DNA of 64,000 bases from Octopus sinensis (Eukaryota), in assembly GCF_006345805.1 (NCBI RefSeq), contig NC_042999.1, positions 160,642,001 through 160,706,000 on the forward strand, written 5' to 3'. The notes under the pieces were generated by a model. That model was given only the letters and a program-made list of their open reading frames with translations. It did no database searches and was not told the origin of the DNA. Each line of letters opens with the position of its first letter. Positions within the stretch are counted from its first letter, which is position 1. Shown here piece by piece: positions 1-64,000 of the stretch. A program made the translations under genes and the position numbers.

Positions 1-281
1 TCATCATCATCGTTTAACAGTCGCTTTCCATGCTAGCATGGGTTGGATGGTTCAACTGGGGTCTGGGAAGCCCGAAGGCTGCACCAGGCCAGTCAGATCT
101 GGCAGAGTTTCTACAGCTGGATGCCCTTCCTAATGCCAACCACTCCGTGAGTGTAGTGGGTGCTTTTTATGTGCCACCGACACAGGTGCCAGACGATGCT
201 GGCGAACGGCCATGCTCGGATGGTGGTGCCACCGACACAGGTGCCAGACGAGGCTGGCGAACGGCCACGCTCGGATGGTGT
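1..281 (-). mobile_element. 5'-truncated RTE tail. Other copies: 9823-10242(+), 12927-13088(-), 24667-25057(+), 27090-27430(+), 34444-34762(-), 39090-39350(-), 43950-44175(+), 48284-48470(+), 49270-49490(+)
   Basis: Shared GGATGCCCTTCCTAA.GCCAACC core and (GAT)n tail matching the 46706 element. Confidence 0.8.
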
Positions 282-1004
282 TTTTTATTTTCATAAAAAG
301 TATCACAGAAAACAAATCCTTTAACTTTTTTTTTTATATCAATCTGCTTGAAATTACCTCTGGTTGTTTGATACAAAACTATTTCAATGCTTAATGCTTC
401 CTCCCATATTAAACTCTTTCCGCTGACCCAACACATTAAACATGGATAGTTCAGACAGCAGATATGTATAAACTGGTAAAAATAATAGTGCTTTGGATTA
501 AATGTTTGGTCACCAAAACTCAGTACATATTCTGCTAGGGTTGATTTTTGCTTCCATGTAAGTAAAAACAAGCTGTTACTGGCCTAATATATCAATTAAT
601 GAAAATATTATACTTCTTGATTATTTTTCAAACTCAATTGAAATATAGGCAGCATATTTTGATTTTAAAATATGATCATAAAAAGGTTAAGTGTCATTTT
701 ATGACAGCAGCACAACCTACAGATCTGAAGGTACCGCACAATTATATGAAATCTGTGACAATGTAACATTTCTAACAACCCAACTAGTTCTAAAAAATAT
801 TAACATTAAAAGCTGGATAGCGGGATAGAAAATCTGTCTGTAGGAAAGTGAGCAAAGAATTCATTTTGTATATCTCTCTATACTGGTGTACAAAACTTAC
901 CATACAACTCAATCTGAAAGTTTGTCACATCCACTAGCAAAACAAAAGATGCTTAGTTTGTGAAATCCATATAAAAATGTATAAAAGTGTATGTAAGGAA
1001 GAAT

Positions 1005-1262
1005 TTTTTCACGCTAAGAGTTGCTGAAGCATGGAACAGACTGCCGGCATCAGTTGTTAGTTGTCGGAGCACTGCATCCTTCAAAACTTCCATGCTTCCT
1101 GAGATTCGCCAACACTACACTTGATTTTCTCCCCTCCATACACACGCAAGCATGTATCTGACTCAAACACTGTTCGCTTTCCAGACATTTGTACATTACT
1201 GCATATGCTTTATACGCACTTTTGACAAGTTGTGGTGCACCTGAGTACTGTATACAAAATAT
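1005..1262 (+). mobile_element. CR1-like LINE 3' tail. Other copies: 5640-6065(+), 41870-42245(-)
   Basis: FFTLRVAEAWNRLPASVV C-terminal motif; shared 3' UTR ending gtgcacctgag.actgtatacaa. Confidence 0.75.
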
Positions 1263-1490
1263 TTACCATACTTTTTAAGTCATTTTCACTTTAAAATAAT
1301 TTTTAAATATGCCAAAGAAACTTTTTCTAATGGTATTCACTTGAAAATAATTTAAAAAAACATTAAATAATTTCATTATTATTATATTAAGAGTTTTATA
1401 GATCAAAAGAGAAAGTGAAGTTAAGAGACTTGTGAACTTGTCACAGTTTATAAAATTCTTAAAAAAAAGTATCAGGTATACTCTACCAAC

Positions 1491-56794
<55,304 letters not shown>

Positions 56795-59559
56795 CTGAAA
56801 AAAATAAAAACTGATTTGGTAACATTATTTCTTCACTTATCAAAACAAAAAGCAACTGGAATACGTCCAAACATAATTAGTTATACACAAAGTTACTTAT
56901 CTATTATAGCATCTATACCAGTCAATAGTGAAAAATACTGACCACATTGTAATCTATGTTAATTATTTGACTAATTGATCAATATTCTTTTTGATTGTAT
57001 AAAACATTGGCAGGAAGTGATGTACATCAAATATAACCCCATGAGCTGCATTTAACACGTGTTATACATACATATTTCATTTTCTTGATGTGTTGTGTCT
57101 GTGTTTTCAAGTTTTTGAAAGTGTCTTCCTTACATGACCTGTATATTACAGTTTGATTATAATGTTCTGGTGATTATAACATTGTTCCCAGATAGATGTC
57201 ACAAGCAAGTTGATGACATGGTTTCATACACTATGATTATTACATGAAAGATAATAGTTTAACATTATAACCTTTACGAGGCACATATACAGGGTCACAG
57301 GAGTTTCCAACATCATTAATAAAATAAATGCTCCTTTCTATGGAAGTAATCAATTAGTTAATAATCAAGGAAAGAAAGAGACATAGAGAGATAGAAAGCA
57401 AGTTTTAATGATATACGTTGAAAGAAAAATAAAGGAAAACTCTTAATATTCCTCCTGCACATACGTATATAACACAGCTAACTGCTGGATTATATGTGAT
57501 GAGAAGTATCCATAAATGAACCATCAATAGGACTACTTTCAAGGAACAGGGAGGTGGGTAGGTTATTAGGTGTTGTGATCCTCATGACTTTCAGAAAAAC
57601 ACTGGCAGAATAATTTAAATAACTATGGTGCAGAGCTAAATGTGAAATATAAATAAGTTTTACCAAGAGTTTGTCACTAATGCAACACTGTTCATTATAT
57701 TTAAATTATCCTCATGTCAGTCATTTGATGAACAATTAACAGTAGGTATCACTATGAATTTTTGAAAATATTTAAATGTAATTTCTACTGTATTTTTTCT
57801 TGGAGAGCATCTAAAAAGAAACATTTTGATAACACATTTGTGAAATTTAGATGCATATTTTAGGAAATATAACAAGTTGAATGGTCAAAAAATTGGTTGA
57901 AATTTTGCCTAATTTGCCTAAATGAATAATTAGCCATATTTGTGAGATCATCATACTATAATAGGCGTTATGTCCATCTGTCTGTTTCCTCTGCACGGTC
58001 AAATGGCTGGACCAATGGTCACAATGTTTGTTTTGGATTATGAAGGTGATAATCAGGAAGGTTTTTAGTGAAAAAAATGCGAAAAGTATTATTATTTAGT
58101 GGACACTGAATTTTATATTAGTAAATCACATTTGATTTTTTTTTTTTGTTAAAATTCCAGCGACAAGGATTAACTCTGGATTCCCCCACCATTAGATAGT
58201 TCATGAAGTTAGAGGGTTTAGATTTGCGATACTATCCCTTTATTTCCCATCATAGATGGGCAGATTTGCTATCTTACTATAATCTTACTATGTCTGTCTA
58301 TCTGTCCGTCTATATTTCTGTCAATCTGCCCATATGTCTGTCTCTTGGTCTGTTCCCTCTTCACAGCCAGATAATTAAAAGGAATAATAGGATTCCAAAA
58401 TTGGGTATTTAAAAGTTCAGTTGAATGACACCAGTACATACAAAACATACTCAGGTTTCACAGAAACAACTTCAAAATAAGACTCTATTCACACAAGAAT
58501 TCCTTCAGGTACCTGAAAAACAGGTCAGTAACAAGCCTGGCCAAACACATATGAGAGTTAAAAGAAGCTGGTTCTCCCCCCCCCCATTTAAAATTTATTG
58601 GTCCCTATTACAGAACGCTACCCCATACAAGCATGGATTACACAGGAACTCAATGAGATGTCTGTTATATCTGAATGAGAAGTTTTCTATCCTTTTCCAG
58701 GATAAGCATGCTTAAGCTGTAAGAAAGAGCTAAATTTTTGCAGACAAGCTTCTAAGTACTTTATGAGCTGTCAAATGATTTCATATAGACAGCCTTTTTG
58801 CTCTTTACCATATTCCCTATTTAAAAAAAAAAAGCCATCAACTTTTTCACAAACTATTTCCCTCTTGATTGTTTTAAGTGATTCGGCTTTTCCACCACTC
58901 TATACAGCATTTCATCCTTGGTTTTTTTTCCAGTTGCCTTATATATGCATATTTTAAGCTCTTGTCCAGAAGGAATTTTTTAATATCATTATCATAATAC
59001 CATTTGTGTATTCCTGAAGGTTTTGTGAATTCTGTTCAGTTTTTTCCATCATTATTTTATTATTTTCATGTTTCATTTTATTTTGCATGCTTTAGCTAGA
59101 ACTTTAAATCTTTACAAAATTATATTTTTTATAAAATTAGTATATCAAACATGCAAACTTTTCAATAGCCACCAAAGTTACTGAGCAATTTTTAACTAAA
59201 ATACTTGAAATTTTAATCATTTATAATTATTTTAGTCATCTCTAAATTATTTTCATTTATATATGAATACCACTTGTTTTCTCTCTTTGTCATTTTCTTG
59301 TTTGCGTATGTTTAACATACTTGTCTATTTCTATGAGCATATATAGATATTCTTTGTGCATGTGTTTGTATACTTTATATGTGTTAACATGAATCTATTT
59401 ATATTTATTTGCTTGTTGTTTTGCATGTGTCTATGTATTTAGGCAGCATGTGCAATTATATATGTAGGTTTGTGTATTTGTTTTCATACATGCATGCTAT
59501 TTTATGTGTATTATTAAGTGTTAGGTTTTTCACATGAAATGTCATATTTGAAAGGTAAC

Positions 59560-60010
59560 AATAAAATGTTTTAGAAGTGTTAGAGAACTGATGTAGCAAA
59601 ATCTCATAATTCAGGCTTTGCAACTTTTGGACGATAGCTTGAGGAGTGTGAGGACGTGCATTGTCATGAGCAAAATTAAGCCATCTCTATTCACTAGTCT
59701 GGGTTGCTTCTTTTTCAAATTCTCATGCATACAATCAATTCGCTGTTGCTGTTACTTGGCAATACGATGTTGCTGTTACCATTTTTTCTTGTTGCAAAAA
59801 TGAATAATGAATAACTCCCTTCGCCCACCAGCATACAGTGACCACTAACTTTTTAGAGTGCAATGGTGGGTTTGGGTAGTGTTTAGGTGACTCTCCTGCA
59901 TCTAATCACTGTCCTGTTTCCCTGTTGTTGTTGTTATAAAGAGTATCCATTTCTCATCACAAGTAATGATTTGATGCCAAAATGGTCTTTTTCCAGTTGA
60001 GAAAGCAATA
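59560..60010 (-). mobile_element. Mariner transposase fragment
   Basis: Reverse strand encodes HDNARPH and RLVNR motifs, with frameshifts. Confidence 0.65.
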
Positions 60011-61190
60011 AGGAGCACACTTTCTTGCAACCCATAATACTTCAGTTCTTTGGTCCTCACACTGCTGAACATAGGCAAACTTCCTCTTTTCTGCTTCTCC
60101 CTTGGCTAGATATACATGTCTCTTAGCTTCCCTTCTGGGTATCTGATACAGTTCCCTGCTACTCCCACTCTTCAAGGTCTGTTTCTCTGCTCTAATGGCC
60201 CTGTCTACAACAACATTCTACCACCACATTACCCTAGGTCTGGTTGGGACTTTGCACAACCCACAGATTTGGTCTGTGGCACTCAGCAAGCTGTCCTACA
60301 GGAATTCCCAATTTTCCTCTTTGTCACAAGTTCGTAGAAGCTCCTCCTTCTCATCAAATGTCTCAATTAGGATGACCCTAAATCTCTGACCATATGAAGG
60401 GTCTTTAAGCTTCCAAGTTCTTTTTTTCCAGACTGGTCTGCTTCTTGGCATCCTTCTGGCCTAGAGTCTAATGAAATTAATGATTAGTCTATGCTAGGAG
60501 ATACATTCTTCACCAGGGAGTGTCTATGTATTTATGAGCAACCATGCATCTCGCTGCCTGGTGAGAATGAAATTGATCTGGCTAGTGTAGCTCCCCTGAT
60601 TGGTAGATTATCAGGTGGCTGGTTGGCTTCCCGAAGTTGGTGTTGCCAATCAATAGGTTATTTGCAGCACAGAACTCCAGTAGCCTTGTTCCATTTTTGT
60701 TTCAAGAACCAATTCCATGGCCCCCATGTACACCATGGAAAATACCAGGCTGCTGTCTGACATACCTATTGAGGCCCCCAGCCACGAAGATGAGATCCTT
60801 GTCTTCGAGGTAGCCTGCAGAAGAACATCATAAAAATGGTCCTTCTGTCCATTTGGTAGGTCCACTTTTGGGGCATAGGTAGAGGTGATTGATACTATGC
60901 TATCCTACAAAACTAGCCTGAGCTTAAGCACTCTATTGCTCACTCTGATTACCTCTACCCATTTCTCTGCAAGAAGTATGCCCACATCATCTACCTCATT
61001 ACTGTTACCTTCTCAGAAAATTTTATCTTGATGTGTCTTGCCTGTGAGGAACCTGGCTGAAGCTTTTCTCCACCTTACCTCTTGGATACAGCATACATCA
61101 ATATGCCTCCATTCAAGCATATCAACATCTCACTAGACCTACCTTTCAATGTGCCTACATTGACACTACCAACCCTGAGAACTGGGAAAG
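60010..61190 (-). mobile_element. RTE LINE endonuclease-region fragment
   Basis: RVGSVNVGTLKGR and YAP...KDHFYDVL motifs, disrupted. Confidence 0.75.
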
Positions 61191-61534
61191 GGGTGCGGGA
61201 GGGAACATGGGCAAGAAAGATGGTATTGGGCTCCTGGAAAGAAGGTTTCAGCAATCATTTGGTAACAGACATGTCACATCAGTTGGTCTTGCTTTAACTG
61301 ACCATCATTCAAACATGTTAAAATTGTTGTCCCTATTGGTGGTGAGTATCATTGTATATATAAGCATTACTGTTGCAAAGATGCATTATCAACTATTGGC
61401 AATGTAAATTCTCAAACTGAACAAGAGATTGCCATGAAAACAACTGAGAAAAGTTCCATTTCAACTGCAAGTTCAACACCTAAACTAGAAATCTTCATAA
61501 AAACAACTAAGAAAAGTTCCATTGAAAGATACCT

Positions 61535-61880
61535 GTTGTTTTTGTCCTGTTATTATTATCATTGTTTTGTTGTACTTATATTCGTGTGGCATCGTCCGTT
61601 TTTCTGTCCTTGTTTCGCATACATTCGATCCTTTTTCCAAGAAATCTATGCTCATAGCTTAGTTTTTCCTTGGGGCTGGCCGGATCGGAGCGATCTCAAG
61701 ATTAATCAGCCGAAATTGCAAGGATGATCCAGTTCTTGACTAATGATTAGAGGCTTCGAATGACCTGTCCGTTTTTTGTGTCGTCTATTTGAATGTTTTG
61801 CGTTCTTGTCCGATTTTGTATTTTTATATATTTTTTTTATACATATATTATTGCGGCGTAACGTACACCTTGTTCTCTTA
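61535..61880 (+). mobile_element. CpG-retaining, T-rich repeat end terminating in (TA)n; family uncertain, possibly Penelope-like
   Basis: Abrupt compositional change, many intact CpGs, ends at a TA tract, internal complementary blocks at 61674-61739. Confidence 0.35.
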
Positions 61881-62850
61881 TATATATAGGCACAGGTATG
61901 GCTGTGTAGTAAGAAGCTTGCTTCCTAACCACATGGTTCCAGCTTCAGTTTCACTGCATGGCACCTTGGGCAAGTGTCTTCTACCATAGTCTTGGGCCAC
62001 CCAAGGCCTTGTGAGTGGATTTGGTAGACGGAAACTGAAAGAAGCCCATCGTATATATATATATATGTGTGTGTGTGTTTGTGTGTGTATGTTTGTGCCT
62101 GTGTTTGTCCCCCCAACATTGCTTGACAACTGATATATATATATGTATGTATGTATGTATGTAAGTATGTTTGTGTTTGTGTCCATGTTTGTCCCCCCAC
62201 CATCAATTCACAACCAATGTTGGTATGTTTACATCCCTGTAACTTAGCGTTTCGGCAAAAGTGACCAATAGAATAAGTACTAGGCTTACAAAGAATAAGT
62301 CCTGGGGTCGATTTCTTCAACTAAAAGCAAGCGGGTGCTCCAGCAGGGCCACAGTAAAAAAAAAATGACTGAAACCAGTTAAAAAGAAAGAATACACACA
62401 CAAACGTTTGAGTATAAAAAAAAATAAGAGAGAAACGTTTTAGTAGAAAATTAGAAAATGTGGTAAACATTTTTTTGTTTCTCCTGTTGACATATAAAAT
62501 ATTTCTTAAGGACTCTACAAAACTATTTGTGTTTTAAGTATTGAGAAAAGAAAGAAAATAAAGAAAGAACAGAAAAAGAAATTGCTAATAGCTTTTCTGC
62601 TTCCTAACTACAACTGATTTGCTCCTGATGACTATTGGGCATTTACATGAGAATAAAATTTACATTCATGGTAAATTAGTAGACTATTTGCCTAGTGGAC
62701 ACTGCTAATCCTAAAAAAGACTGTGTGCTACTTACTTCCTATCAATCACTAAACCACAGGTAGTATTCATTCACCTAGTGTTTAGCTGAGCAGTCAGGGA
62801 GGAACAGAAGACACAAAAACAACTTAGTAGGTGTGAGTGTGTGTACTCTG

Positions 62851-62895
<45 letters not shown>

Positions 62896-63149
62896 ATATT
62901 TACACCTGCTGAAAAGAAAACTACAAACACTTCCGATGAATTATTACGATGGATGTTATGAAATATGATCAAACTACAGACAAATTGATATCTCAAATTT
63001 AAACAATATAATGAAATTTTAATAATGTAATGAGGTAAGATTTAAATGATTCTTTATATGTATGTGAGTAATAGAGAGAGAGAGTAGAAGGATATTAGCA
63101 AGTGTTCCTATCTGGTTGTGTGTGTATACTAATAAGCAAATATCTGCCT

Positions 63150-63670
63150 TTTGAAAAGTGTATAGATATATGGCGGAATCCTGGTTTAAGTACTCCACAT
63201 AACCACTCATAACTTTTGTAACTTTTGGGGATTTTCAGAAAAGTTTTGTGAATTTGTGTTCTAAACAGGAATTTATGGGAAAACAATCCTTTTTAATTTT
63301 TTAACATGACTACGCCATAAATCCTAAAAGCTCCATGGTTTTCTTAATTTTATTTTTTAAATAGGTGCACCATCATTCCATTAAATGTGTTTGCTGGGGA
63401 AAAAATATTGAAAAACATCAATACATGTCAGAATGACAAAGAAATGAGGAAGGTATCAGGTGATCATGAGATGTACTAAAAATAGCAGCTAAATCGCCCT
63501 TAAATCACACACAGAAAAAGTGTTTTTCTTTTTTACACGAACATATGAATTCCTGTATGTAGAACACAAATTTGCAAAAATTTTCTGAAAATTCCCCAAA
63601 AAATAAAAAGTTATGAAGGGTTATAGGAATGCTTGCACCAGAATTCTGCCACACATACAACTTTCTTGAA
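63150..63670. mobile_element. Old fold-back/MITE with ~130-bp imperfect TIRs
   Basis: 63150-63285 approximately reverse-complements 63541-63670. Confidence 0.6.
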
Positions 63671-64000
63671 TATTTCTAAATATATATATATGGAAGATAC
63701 AAAATTTTTTATTAATCACTACAATTGTTTTGACCCACCTAGCATTGATTCCTCACAGGTGAGGTACTTAACAACAGGTTCAGGAGCATTTGAAGGTGCA
63801 GATGTGTCTCTTTGGGTGATAAATAAACATAACTCATTATATATATATGATTTATCTATGTGTGTGTATTTGTATGAAAAACACAGCTTGGCAAGAGAGA
63901 CAAGATGAATAAAATGACAGAATAACTTTATTTTATCTAAGTACTGGAGTCAATAAACATACCCACACACATACACACAGAGGGTATTTGGGCTAAATTT

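Noticed and set aside
167-571. 134-aa minus-strand ORF as the next ATG2 exon
   Set aside because: Lacks the expected downstream ATG2 motifs (YFS, WHLYGG) and runs into an RTE tail.
57948-58200. Second Helitron family 5' end
   Set aside because: Only a vague TC-start and TGTC-repeat resemblance; no 3' hairpin/CTRR could be located.
63739-63809. Possible upstream ATG2 exon (DTSAPSNAPEPVVKYLTCEESML, TAG|gtgggt)
   Set aside because: Weak acceptor, ends in phase 1 whereas the next exon needs phase 0, and no recognisable ATG2 motif.

Overview
AT-rich, repeat-dense animal genomic DNA. It is most likely a coleoid cephalopod (octopus); this is inferred from the SINE/LINE repertoire and (TA)n/(CA)n load and is not proven. 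The whole window lies inside one minus-strand gene, autophagy-related protein 2 (ATG2). I traced 19 internal GT-AG exons (56794 down to 1491; 2679 nt, 893 codons) that splice in one continuous frame and include the FPIPDLR, NDLLLWEP, CAD (RTCSDSC) and LIR (DEDYCIL) motifs; both gene ends lie outside the window. Most ORFs in the supplied track are repeat artefacts. Introns hold three tRNA-headed SINE families, RTE, CR1-like and R4/Dong-like LINE remnants, mariner and Tc1 relics, piggyBac-, hAT- and Tc1-type MITEs, and four non-autonomous Helitrons. The most striking signal is a set of apparently unrelated fold-back elements embedded in (TA)n tracts (11.3, 13.4, 44.2-46.3 and 46.4 kb). Each carries a minimal type I hammerhead ribozyme motif with a palindromic stem III, the Penelope-like pLTR/retrozyme architecture. 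One complete hammerhead lies in the sense orientation of the ATG2 pre-mRNA. Other points of note are a candidate multi-pseudoknot RNA at 61.7 kb, candidate poison micro-exons, a templated-insertion rearrangement and inverted SINE pairs. Exon coordinates were counted by hand; repeat boundaries are approximate.
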